Source: an uncultured Fidelibacterota bacterium (GTDB lineage: Bacteria > Fidelibacterota > Marinisomatia > Marinisomatales > UBA1611). Taken from it: a DNA stretch of 49,634 nt. Location: assembly GCA_902611135.1 (NCBI GenBank), contig CACLYL010000004.1, positions 1-49,634 on the forward strand. Direction: 5' to 3'. A model generated the notes under the pieces. The model did not search any database, had not been told where the DNA came from, and saw nothing but the letters and a program-made list of their open reading frames with translations. The position numbers were made by a program, and so were the translations under genes. Shown here piece after piece: positions 24,246 to 33,322 of this stretch (its first letter is position 1; every line of letters starts with the position of its first letter).

Positions 24246-25118
24246 ATGCTTAAAGTATTTAAAAATTATTCTGAACATGAAAAGATAAAAAATTATTTTA
24301 TTTATAAAAAAACGCCCTTTGTGATTAGAAACCTTTTTAAAAGCAATGTCGATTTAAAAATTTTAAGAAGGAAATATTCTGACTATGTTGTAAATAGTCT
24401 CAATAATAATTCCATTAAAGAGAAAATTTCAATTTTTGATCTAATCAATAAGATTAAAAAAGGACAAAAATATATATTGAGAGCAAATACTCTGATAGGA
24501 AATAAAATTTTTAAACATGTTGATACAAGCATCATAGATTATTTTAGAGACAAACAAAGCAACTTCTTAGATTATCTTCTGAGTCATGGAGAAACCTCTA
24601 GGCAAAAAACTCTTTTTCTCAGCACAAAAGGGTGTACATTTTCAAAACATGCTCACGTGATATCAGGAATGATCTTTCAGTTGGAAGGAACAAAAACTTG
24701 GTACATATCAAAGACATTGGATAACTTTTTTTCCATAAGATTTAAATCATTTTTAAATCCGAATCCACTTTATGTTACAGACAAAGATAAATCAAAAGAA
24801 GCTAGAGTCCTATTATACCCTGGTGATTTTCTATACATCCCAGCATATTGGTTTCACTATACTAATTGTAATGAAACCAGTTTAAGTATGAGCTACTTTT
24901 TTACTGAAAAATTAAATTATTACCTCAAAAAAACCCCATTGCTATTCTTATTTCAAGCATTTAGAAATCCAATACAGACCATTTATAAATCATTAAATAA
25001 GGAACCAGAGGATCATATATTTGACAAAATGAATATTTTAAGAAAATGTTATAAAATAAAAAATAAATATCAGAGAAGGGATACAATTGAATTTTTTAGA
25101 AGTAATGATTTTTCATAA
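24246..25118 (+). CDS. JmjC/cupin-like (Cupin_8) oxygenase family protein
   Basis: PFVIRN, FSKHAH...FQLEGTKTW and LYPGDFLYIPAYWFHYT motifs. Confidence 0.8.
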   Translation: MLKVFKNYSEHEKIKNYFIYKKTPFVIRNLFKSNVDLKILRRKYSDYVVNSLNNNSIKEKISIFDLINKIKKGQKYILRANTLIGNKIFKHVDTSIIDYFRDKQSNFLDYLLSHGETSRQKTLFLSTKGCTFSKHAHVISGMIFQLEGTKTWYISKTLDNFFSIRFKSFLNPNPLYVTDKDKSKEARVLLYPGDFLYIPAYWFHYTNCNETSLSMSYFFTEKLNYYLKKTPLLFLFQAFRNPIQTIYKSLNKEPEDHIFDKMNILRKCYKIKNKYQRRDTIEFFRSNDFS

Positions 25119-25169
25119 TCAGGAGACCATTAAAATAATTGATATAAACATAATTAAAATGAGGCAAAC

Positions 25170-25877
25170 ATGAAACAATACTTTACAGGATTTTTTACAG
25201 CTACTTGTTTGGTAAGTAGTATTTTCATTTTTATTGGAGCACAAAATACTGAATTTGGTGATATTAAAGCTCATTCTATAAGTATAATTAATAATGATGG
25301 TAAGGAAACATTATGGCTTGGTAATGGTGAAAATGGAGGCGGTTTCTTGGAAACTTTTAATCGTAAAGGAAATAGAACAAGCTCTCTAGGGTCTAGTCAT
25401 AATCAAAATGGGAGCCTATCCTTATTTAACGTCGAGGGGAAAGCAATTTCTTATTTTTCAGATTACCTTGTTACTTTTAATTCGAATGAAAAACAAACAA
25501 CCTACCTAGGAAATACTAAAAATGGAGGTGGTTATTTAGCTACTTTTAACTCTGATGGGGCTGAGAGCGTATCTCTTGGTGTAGACGATCAAGAAAATTC
25601 AGGACATTTAAAGACATTCAATAAAAATGGAACTAAAACATCTTTTTTGGGATCAAATACTAAAGGAATAGGCCACCTTTTTACTTATGGAGCAGAGGGA
25701 AATAAGACCAATTTTTTGGGAAGTTCATCTGAGGGAAAGGGATATCTTGCCACATATAATTTAAATTCCATAACTGGATACTTTGGGACAGGACCCAACA
25801 GTGAAGGCATAATTGGTTTGCATGACGCAAATAAAAATTTAGGTTGGTCCGCAAGTGGAAAAACAAACAACAATTAA
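25170..25877 (+). CDS. Membrane-anchored/secreted protein with ~23-aa Gly-rich beta repeats
   Basis: GAGG SD; N-terminal hydrophobic segment; repeats of G.L.TFN..G..T..LG. Confidence 0.8.
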   Translation: MKQYFTGFFTATCLVSSIFIFIGAQNTEFGDIKAHSISIINNDGKETLWLGNGENGGGFLETFNRKGNRTSSLGSSHNQNGSLSLFNVEGKAISYFSDYLVTFNSNEKQTTYLGNTKNGGGYLATFNSDGAESVSLGVDDQENSGHLKTFNKNGTKTSFLGSNTKGIGHLFTYGAEGNKTNFLGSSSEGKGYLATYNLNSITGYFGTGPNSEGIIGLHDANKNLGWSASGKTNNN

Positions 25878-25941
25878 AAGTTGTTATGGACAAAGTTCAT
25901 TATTTAATCCTATATTTGCTAAACAAAACTCGGAGATCAGT

Positions 25942-26250
25942 ATGAAATATATAGTTTTAATGCTTTCATTTATGTGTTCAATGTTATTAGCTAAAGAGAA
26001 TACTACCTACCTAAAGGTTGATGGGATGAAATGTAGTTATTCATGCTCTGGAAAAGTAAGTAATATCGTACAGAATATGAAAGGAGTGAAAAAAGTAGAC
26101 GTTGATTTTGAAAAAGGGATTGCAACTGTTAAATATGATGATAAGAAGACTGCCGTCAAAGATATCGTTGATGGATTAAATAACAAGACTTTTTACCAAG
26201 CAACAGAATTAGATCTAGAAAAGAATAAAAAAGAGCTGTCTAAAATCTAA
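25942..26250 (+). CDS. Exported heavy-metal-associated (HMA) domain protein
   Basis: LKVDGMKCSYSC...GVKKVDVDFEKGIATVKYD; GGAG at 25932 supports ATG25942; signal peptide. Confidence 0.85.
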   Translation: MKYIVLMLSFMCSMLLAKENTTYLKVDGMKCSYSCSGKVSNIVQNMKGVKKVDVDFEKGIATVKYDDKKTAVKDIVDGLNNKTFYQATELDLEKNKKELSKI

Positions 26251-26260
26251 AAAAGATCAT

Positions 26261-26297
26261 AGACTGAAGTAGAGCATTCTAGGTTCTACTTCAGTCT
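26261..26297. terminator. Hairpin between the convergent HMA and TerB genes, probable bidirectional terminator
   Basis: agactgaagtagagc-attctag-gttctacttcagtct: 15-bp stem with one G-U pair; includes the TerB stop codon. No clear U-tract. Confidence 0.6.
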
Positions 26298-26722
26298 TCA
26301 TCTAAGTTTATTTTTAAATCTAATTCACGCTCAATAACTTTTGCGATTTCTATTTCTTTTGTCATAATTATACCATCTGACTTTATTAATTCCGATATCT
26401 CATCTGTTAATATTTTTAATTGGTCTCCATCTAATACAACCTTAATTCTCTCGATTACTGCCAGAGTATAATTATCTCTTTCGAAGTCTTGTTTGTCATT
26501 GATAATTTTAAAAGCATCTGTTAAGAAATTATCAGCCCTATCTTCTAAAAAATCAGGAAAAAGCTTTTCGATTAAATTACTCCATGACTGTTTTTCTTCA
26601 TATTCTACCCGACCATCTGCCATTTGAATCAAAGCACATAGATGAGTAACAGATTCAAGCGGACTCATATCCTTTGGGAGATTGATTTTATCTTTTTTTT
26701 TCTTGCTGGTAAACCAAGACAT
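26291..26722 (-). CDS. TerB family (tellurite resistance-like) protein
   Basis: Duplicated motif ALIQMADGRVEYEE ... ELIKSDGIIMTKE. Confidence 0.8.
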   Translation of the reverse strand: MSWFTSKKKKDKINLPKDMSPLESVTHLCALIQMADGRVEYEEKQSWSNLIEKLFPDFLEDRADNFLTDAFKIINDKQDFERDNYTLAVIERIKVVLDGDQLKILTDEISELIKSDGIIMTKEIEIAKVIERELDLKINLDED

Positions 26723-26724
26723 AT

Positions 26725-27027
26725 TTAACTATTTTTCCATTCAGCAGTCGTCAAGGTTTTCATGCTTAAAGCATGAATTTCATGTTTCATTAAATTTCCA
26801 ACGGCCTTGTAAACCATCTTGTGACGCGCGATAAGACTCTTATCTTTGAAGTCATCTGAAACAATGACAGTCTCCAAATGAAAACCTCCATCATTTAGTT
26901 TATGATTTAAATGTCTTCCTGTGAAATCTTTAACTTCAAAATGTTCTATTTTCAAAGAATCTTTTAGTCTTTTTAATAATTCATTGTTTAGAAAATCAGA
27001 GGAGTTATTGTTTGTTTTAGGGTCCAT
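26725..27027 (-). CDS. bolA: BolA family protein
   Basis: GFHLETVIVSDDFKDKSLIARHKMVY...HEIHALSMKTLT. Confidence 0.92.
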   Translation of the reverse strand: MDPKTNNNSSDFLNNELLKRLKDSLKIEHFEVKDFTGRHLNHKLNDGGFHLETVIVSDDFKDKSLIARHKMVYKAVGNLMKHEIHALSMKTLTTAEWKNS

Positions 27028-27065
27028 ATATGATATTTTATGTAAGGAATTAAAGAGTTGAAACT

Positions 27066-27299
27066 TTAAGATTGATCATTATCATTTTTAAGTGGACATT
27101 TCATGTCAGGAAATTCCTCTTCTGAAAATTGATACTGACATTTATGACACCACCAAGGTTTCCCAAAGTAATTAGGTACATCTTCAGCCAACTCCAGATT
27201 ATGATCAAACTTTGGACAATTACGTCCGGAACCAGGTTCTGGCCATTTATAATCAGGCTTATACTTTAGACCATTTTCGTATGTATGATGATCTTTCAT
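27066..27299 (-). CDS. Small zinc-ribbon-like hypothetical protein
   Basis: 77 aa; CPKF...WWCHKCQYQF; co-oriented with its neighbours. Confidence 0.65.
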   Translation of the reverse strand: MKDHHTYENGLKYKPDYKWPEPGSGRNCPKFDHNLELAEDVPNYFGKPWWCHKCQYQFSEEEFPDMKCPLKNDNDQS

Positions 27300-27338
27300 G
27301 ACTGGAAATTACTATTATTTTTCTAAAAGTAACAAAAA

Positions 27339-27764
27339 TTAAAATATAGAAAAGATTACGAATAGAAGTACTCCCACCAAAGATGCACCAACAATGTTCT
27401 GTAATCTAAATTCTGTTTCTAGCTCATCGATTTGGGATAAGTAATGATCATAGAATAAAAAAACTTCCAATGTATCATTTATGGCAACATAAACACGTTT
27501 AATTCCTTCAGATAAATTATCCTTAATCTTCTCATGCTGGATATTTGGTGGAATATAACTAACCTCATGGAAGCCGGGCAAAACAGGAACTGGAGTTTTT
27601 AATGGGTGAGTGCCCACGAAATAACCATCAACAAAAAATGGAACATTCATACTATCTGTTTTTATATCTAAAAATCCAAACTTGTTCATATCATTAATTT
27701 CTTGTGAAAATATAGTAGAACAGTGAGAGATAGTTATCCAAATTAATAGGGATTTAAAAATCAT
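27339..27764 (-). CDS. PEGA-like domain membrane protein
   Basis: GFLDIKTD...FFVDGYFVGTHPL...VLPGFHEV; signal peptide and C-terminal TM. Confidence 0.7.
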   Translation of the reverse strand: MIFKSLLIWITISHCSTIFSQEINDMNKFGFLDIKTDSMNVPFFVDGYFVGTHPLKTPVPVLPGFHEVSYIPPNIQHEKIKDNLSEGIKRVYVAINDTLEVFLFYDHYLSQIDELETEFRLQNIVGASLVGVLLFVIFSIF

Positions 27765-27820
27765 TGATAAGTATAAAATTTTATTGAGACCATTATTCTA
27801 TTTTGTAAATTATAACAGAA

Positions 27821-29548
27821 ATGTTTCCTTATCTACATAAAATATACTTCCTATTCTTATCTATTTTCCTCTTTCTTAAAGGTTGTGCTTATTTTAACAC
27901 CTTTTACAATGCAAAAGTTTATTATCAAGATGCAGAAAAAATTCGAATTCAAAAAGAAGGTGAGAGTATACCTATATCTGCTATTGATAAATATGGAAAA
28001 GTTATCGAGAAGTGTAAAAAGGTATTAAAAGATCATCCTGATTCAAAATATGTTTCAAATGCACATTTACTAATGGCTAAGGCAAGATTTTTTAGGGGAG
28101 ATTATACCTTAGCACTTGAAGATCTTAAAAGAGTTGGAGACATTAAAAAAAGAAAGATTATTGAGGAGGCCCAATACTGGGAGGCATTATGTAATTGGAA
28201 GATTGGAAAATCTAACCTTGCAACAAATCAATTAGAATCCTTACTTGAAATATCGAAATCAAATACTATAAAATCTAAGTGTTATCTATCTCTTTCTGAA
28301 ATATATCGTGAATTTAGTGAGACAGAAAAAATGGTATCTTACTTAAATCAAGCCGCCAAATTTTCATCAGACAGAGCTGAAAAAGCATTAATATATGGTA
28401 GACTTGCTGAAATTGCTTTCAATAAAGAAGATTTTCAAGCATCTCTAGAAGGTTACAGAAACTTAATTAGCTATTCTCTCTCTAAAGATAAAATTGAAGA
28501 TGCAAACCTTCAAATTTTGAAAATCATGAGATTAACGAAAGATTATAACGCTGCTGAAAAAAAGGTAAAATCACTTTTACTTGATGAAAAGTTTAAAGGG
28601 ATTGCAGGTGACCTAGAATTGGAATTAGTTCAACTTTATCGAGCGCAAGGAGATAGCGAAGAAATAGAATCTAGGTTGAATACAATTGTTAATCGATATC
28701 AGAAAACATCTGTATCTGCTGAAGCATATTATCAATTAGGTCAAATATATTCATCTACATTATGGGATTTATCCAAAGCAAAAGAATACTTTTCATTGGT
28801 AAGTAAGGAGTCAAGTAAATCAATTTTTGTTCCAATGGCAAATAGTAGAATCAGTGCAATAGATACTTATAATGATATAAAGAAAGATTTAGAAACTCAT
28901 CAAAGTCTGAAAAAAATTGAGAACGAGTTTGATGACTCAACAAAAACAAATGTATCGGTTGTCCTTCCTGACAAAACAGTCCCTGAATTGTTGTATCATC
29001 TCGGAGATCTTGAAGCATTTACCTTTAAAAGATACAATATTGGAATTGATTATTTCAATATTATTATTGAACAGCATAGAAATTCTATCTTTCATGCTAA
29101 ATCTCATTTTGCACTAATGTTTATTTATGACATAATTGGGGATTCATCATCATATAATTCAACTAAAAATACTCTTCTTACCAACTTCCCAAATTCAGAA
29201 TACAGTAGATATTTAGATAGTGAGCTTATTCTTCAAGAGGATATGAATAGCCTAAATTCGATTTTCAAGAATGCCGAAGCTCAGATTAAAAGTAATCAAA
29301 GTATTGCAATATCTATTTTTAAAGATATTCTATCTGAAAATATTAATGATCCACTTTCACCATATGCGGCAATGAACTTAGCATATATTTATGATGAAGA
29401 GGCTAAAGTAGATAGTGCCATTAAATATTACAATTGGATTATCGATAATCATCCTTCAACCGAGCACTCTATTAAATCACAAAAAAGAATTGGTGAATTA
29501 AATGTAGCTTTATCAAAAATTTTAGAAACTAACAATTCCGAGTATTAG
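27821..29548 (+). CDS. TPR-repeat lipoprotein (PorW/SprE-like N-terminus)
   Basis: Lipobox LKG-C followed by AYFNTFYNAK; multiple TPRs (HPDSKYVSNAHLLMAKA, AEAYYQLGQIY). Confidence 0.8.
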   Translation: MFPYLHKIYFLFLSIFLFLKGCAYFNTFYNAKVYYQDAEKIRIQKEGESIPISAIDKYGKVIEKCKKVLKDHPDSKYVSNAHLLMAKARFFRGDYTLALEDLKRVGDIKKRKIIEEAQYWEALCNWKIGKSNLATNQLESLLEISKSNTIKSKCYLSLSEIYREFSETEKMVSYLNQAAKFSSDRAEKALIYGRLAEIAFNKEDFQASLEGYRNLISYSLSKDKIEDANLQILKIMRLTKDYNAAEKKVKSLLLDEKFKGIAGDLELELVQLYRAQGDSEEIESRLNTIVNRYQKTSVSAEAYYQLGQIYSSTLWDLSKAKEYFSLVSKESSKSIFVPMANSRISAIDTYNDIKKDLETHQSLKKIENEFDDSTKTNVSVVLPDKTVPELLYHLGDLEAFTFKRYNIGIDYFNIIIEQHRNSIFHAKSHFALMFIYDIIGDSSSYNSTKNTLLTNFPNSEYSRYLDSELILQEDMNSLNSIFKNAEAQIKSNQSIAISIFKDILSENINDPLSPYAAMNLAYIYDEEAKVDSAIKYYNWIIDNHPSTEHSIKSQKRIGELNVALSKILETNNSEY

Positions 29549-29549
29549 T

Positions 29550-30608
29550 TTGAGGATTATCTTCTTTAGTTTTTTTTATAAAACTACCAGATTATTAGTT
29601 ACAAAGTTAATCTACCTTACTCAAAGGCTCACTTTTCAAAAAAAGGATTTAGAGCCAGCAATTAAATTTGGTGATTTTTGTTTAACTGCCCTTATTCCAT
29701 TAAAAAGGTTTACATATAATTTTGAGATTCCAAATAATATTCAAGTTGAAATATTTAACTTAAGATTTAGATCGCCTTTGATTGGTTCCTCATTTAAGTC
29801 AAATGAAAAGATTATATCAATTTGGTTGGATATGGGATTAGGTAGTGCAATATTTAAGACAGTAATGAAGAACGAAAGACTTGGAAATAAAAGGCCAAGG
29901 ATTCAAGATACCTATTATAATAATGAAAAAGGAATTGTTAATGCTCTAGGTTTACCTGGATCGGGGACTCATAAATTTTCAAAAAGTTTAAATGATTCTA
30001 TCCTATGGAATTATGATTGTCCAATTGGAATTAGTATTGGTGGAGATTCAAGTTCAGAATATGTAGAAAATATTAAAAAGATAGAAATGAATCAATTTTT
30101 GAAAGAAAAACAGTATTTCTATGAATTAAATATAAGTTGTCCAAATACAACTGATGGACGTACTTTGAACGATTCTCCTGATAATTTCGATAGTGTTTTG
30201 AAAGAAATAAATAAGATAATTAATGTCCCAATATCTATAAAAATTTCTCCTGATTCATCAAATGATATCATAAGAAAAATTGCTGAAATATGTAGTATTC
30301 ATGATCAAGTTATTATCAATGCAGGTAATTCTCAATATAAAAGTAAGTCCGAACTTAATATTCCATCAAATTCATTAACAACCATTGGAGGTGGTTTGTC
30401 AGGAACCAGCCTATTCAACCGCACCTTGGAAGTCGTTAAAATATTAGCGCCTTTTAATATACCGATTATTGCAACAGGAGGAATAAATAATTTTGATCAA
30501 ATTGAAATTCTTAAAAAGGAAGGGGCAGTACTATTCGGCATGGCAACTGCACTAATTTTTAACCCATATTGTATACCTAAAATAAATTCCAATTTGAAAA
30601 ATGTTTAA
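29550..30608 (+). CDS. pyrD: Dihydroorotate dehydrogenase
   Basis: GNKRPRI, VNALGLP, ELNISCPNT, KISPD, GGLSG and PIIATGGI motifs. Confidence 0.88.
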   Translation: MRIIFFSFFYKTTRLLVTKLIYLTQRLTFQKKDLEPAIKFGDFCLTALIPLKRFTYNFEIPNNIQVEIFNLRFRSPLIGSSFKSNEKIISIWLDMGLGSAIFKTVMKNERLGNKRPRIQDTYYNNEKGIVNALGLPGSGTHKFSKSLNDSILWNYDCPIGISIGGDSSSEYVENIKKIEMNQFLKEKQYFYELNISCPNTTDGRTLNDSPDNFDSVLKEINKIINVPISIKISPDSSNDIIRKIAEICSIHDQVIINAGNSQYKSKSELNIPSNSLTTIGGGLSGTSLFNRTLEVVKILAPFNIPIIATGGINNFDQIEILKKEGAVLFGMATALIFNPYCIPKINSNLKNV

Positions 30609-31059
30609 TATTGTTTTGATGGAACCAAAAATACCTCCAAATACTGGATCGACTGGGAGATTATGTGGAGCAACGAATTGCAAGTTGCATGTTGTTGGTA
30701 AATTAGGTTTTGAACTTTCAGATAAAACATTAAAAAGAGCTGGCTTGGATTATTGGGACAATATTTCTTGGAAATATTATAAAAACATTGATTATTATTA
30801 TAAAAAACTTCTCAAAGATAGTAACTTTCATTTACTAACTACTAAATCTCCCTATTCTTACACATCAAAAAAGTTCAGAAAAGGAGATTCGATAGTTTTT
30901 GGAAGTGAAACCAAAGGAATTGATGAACAATTTTTAAGAGCGAATTGGGAAAAAACCTGCACTATTCCGATGATGAATAACAATATCCGAAGTCTAAACC
31001 TTGCTACTAGTGTTGGGATTGTCTTATATGAAGCATTGAGGCAAAATGGAAAAACCTAA
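30601..31059 (+). CDS. trmL: tRNA (cytidine(34)-2'-O)-methyltransferase
   Basis: PKIPPNTG, LKRAGLDYW, FGSETKG and RSLNLA SPOUT motifs. Confidence 0.95.
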   Translation: MFNIVLMEPKIPPNTGSTGRLCGATNCKLHVVGKLGFELSDKTLKRAGLDYWDNISWKYYKNIDYYYKKLLKDSNFHLLTTKSPYSYTSKKFRKGDSIVFGSETKGIDEQFLRANWEKTCTIPMMNNNIRSLNLATSVGIVLYEALRQNGKT

Positions 31060-31579
31060 AAAGATACTTTATATACTCTTTTTGTTTATAATATTTTCTG
31101 GTTGCACTAGTTCTCCAAGGTATTTGACAAATAATACTACATATAAAACCAGAGAAAAAGGAATTAAGAAAAGTAAAAAGAAGAAAAACACTTCTAAAGT
31201 AAAATTTATTGATCCTGCATCAGTAAATACTAATATTAAACACAAAAAGCTAATGAAAGGGGTGAGTTCTTTCTATTCAGAAGATTTCCATGGAAAATTA
31301 ACAGCTAATGGTGAAATATTTGACATGTATGGTCTGACAGCTGCTCATAAAACTTTACCATTGAATACTATTTGTCGGGTTACTAATCTTGACAATAATA
31401 AATCTTTAATTTTAAGGATAAATGATCGTGGCCCGTATGTAGTTGGTCGAATTTTAGATTGCTCATATGGTGCAGCTAAAAAGTTGGGTTTTGTCGATAA
31501 AGGAACTACTGAAGTTAAAATTGAAGTGATAGAATGGGGTGATGGTGAATACATGCACCATAGAAAAAAGAGAGAATGA
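31046..31579 (+). CDS. rlpA: Septal ring lytic transglycosylase RlpA family lipoprotein
   Basis: Lipobox FSG-C; FHGKLTANGE, TAAHKTLP, INDRGPY and RILDCSYGAA motifs. Confidence 0.93.
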   Translation: MEKPKKILYILFLFIIFSGCTSSPRYLTNNTTYKTREKGIKKSKKKKNTSKVKFIDPASVNTNIKHKKLMKGVSSFYSEDFHGKLTANGEIFDMYGLTAAHKTLPLNTICRVTNLDNNKSLILRINDRGPYVVGRILDCSYGAAKKLGFVDKGTTEVKIEVIEWGDGEYMHHRKKRE

Positions 31580-32469
31580 AAAATTTATATATGATCGTAA
31601 ATCCTCATGGTGGATTAAAGAGAGGATTAAATATATTAAAAAAGGTTAAACCTATTTTTAAAGAATCAGATATAAAACTACATATTAAAGAAACAGAATA
31701 TGCAAATCATGCATTTGAATATTCTAATACTCTTGATTTTAAAAACATGGATGGACTCTGTGCTATTGGAGGAGATGGTACAATGCATGAAATCATAAAT
31801 GGGATGTTAAAGAGGGATGATAAAAAAACTTTACCAATAGGATTAATTACTGGAGGAACAGGTAACTCATTTATGCATGACCTCAATTGTTTGGATCCTG
31901 TTCTTGCGGCAAAAAAAATTGTAAAAAATTCATTGAGACCTATCGATATAGCTAAAGTAAAGTATGGCAAGAAAAATAAGATTATTTACTCCTTTAATAT
32001 TGTTGGCTGGGGTGTCGCCACTGATGCAAATGCAAGGGCAGAGAAAATGCGTTGGTTAGGTGAATTTAGATATAATGTTGCTGCAATAATAGAAGTACTA
32101 AAAGGATCGAAAAGGCTAGCAAAGTTTTCATATGATGAAAATACCGAAAAAAATGATTTTGTCTTTATTTTAGCTTGTAATACTATTCACACCGGCAAAG
32201 GAATGAAGGCAGCTCCTTATGCTAAACTCGATGATGGGCTTATTGATTTAGTGATAGTAAAAAAAACTAACAGGCTTAAACTACTTCTACTATTTCCAAA
32301 AATTTTTTCAGGGAAACACATAAACAGTCCATTAGTACAATACCAACAAGTTAACAGTTTTTCTATTTTTCCCGAATTAGATAGTGGTTTAAATATTGAT
32401 GGCGAGTTGATTGGAAATACACCTTTATCCGTAACTGTAAAGGCAGGTCTCATAAAAGTTTTAGTTTAA
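31576..32469 (+). CDS. Diacylglycerol/lipid kinase family protein (YegS/BmrU-like)
   Basis: IVNPHGG, GGDGTMHEIING, GGTGN and NIDGE motifs. Confidence 0.92.
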   Translation: MKNLYMIVNPHGGLKRGLNILKKVKPIFKESDIKLHIKETEYANHAFEYSNTLDFKNMDGLCAIGGDGTMHEIINGMLKRDDKKTLPIGLITGGTGNSFMHDLNCLDPVLAAKKIVKNSLRPIDIAKVKYGKKNKIIYSFNIVGWGVATDANARAEKMRWLGEFRYNVAAIIEVLKGSKRLAKFSYDENTEKNDFVFILACNTIHTGKGMKAAPYAKLDDGLIDLVIVKKTNRLKLLLLFPKIFSGKHINSPLVQYQQVNSFSIFPELDSGLNIDGELIGNTPLSVTVKAGLIKVLV

Positions 32470-32480
32470 GGAGTATTTAA

Positions 32481-33302
32481 ATGTTTACATTATTGAAAGG
32501 GCGCAACTTGATTAATTTTTTAGGTATACCCTTATGGATTTTCCTAATTTTAAAAGGCGATCTTTTCTATGCTGCTTTTATATTGGTCGCATCGATACTG
32601 GGTTTAGGAGAATTTTACAATATAACAACCAAAAAAGGTGCTAAACCCTTAAGGTGGGTTGGTATGGTAACTACCGTTTTTATCATTGATTATTTTTACA
32701 TACAACCAGACCTTAGGGCCGAACAGTATCTTGGTTTTTTAATTTTTTTAGTTCTTATGACTCTCATATGGGAATTGTTTTCTAATCACAAAGAGTCTAC
32801 ATTTAATATACTTGCAACCTTGGGAGGTATTCTTATTATCCCTTTGCAATTAGGCACTTCAATATATATTAGACAATTTGATTCTCTAATGGATACAAAC
32901 CTAACCTTGGTATTAGTTATATCTATCTGGGGATGTGATTCCGCAGCTTTCATCTTTGGCTCCATATTTGGTGAAAGAAAGATTTTTCCAAGAGTAAGTC
33001 CAAATAAAAGCTGGGTTGGCTCATTATCAGGTCTTATAACATCAATCCTGATTTTTCAATTATCCTATTCAAAGGGCTGGCTTGGCGAAATTTTTACATT
33101 GAATGATGCTATAATATTTGGCTTAATATCTGGTTTCTTTGGTCAACTAGGGGATTTTTCTGAATCGCTATTTAAACGGGATGTGAATATTAAAGATAGT
33201 GGTAAAATCTTACAAGGTCATGGAGGAATATTGGATAGATTTGATTCCTTGTTATTCGCATCACCATTTACCTATCTTTACATTCTATTTTTTATCAAAT
33301 AA
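32481..33302 (+). CDS. cdsA: Phosphatidate cytidylyltransferase
   Basis: SPNKSWVG, GDFSESLFKR and KDSG...GHGGILDRFDS motifs; AGGAG SD. Confidence 0.95.
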   Translation: MFTLLKGRNLINFLGIPLWIFLILKGDLFYAAFILVASILGLGEFYNITTKKGAKPLRWVGMVTTVFIIDYFYIQPDLRAEQYLGFLIFLVLMTLIWELFSNHKESTFNILATLGGILIIPLQLGTSIYIRQFDSLMDTNLTLVLVISIWGCDSAAFIFGSIFGERKIFPRVSPNKSWVGSLSGLITSILIFQLSYSKGWLGEIFTLNDAIIFGLISGFFGQLGDFSESLFKRDVNIKDSGKILQGHGGILDRFDSLLFASPFTYLYILFFIK

Positions 33303-33322
33303 CAACTCATTAAATCTTTTTT

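Noticed and set aside
25942-26250. CxxxC spacing in the HMA metal motif (GMKCSYSC)
   Set aside because: To my knowledge a recurring variant in exported HMA proteins of FCB bacteria; not novel on its own.
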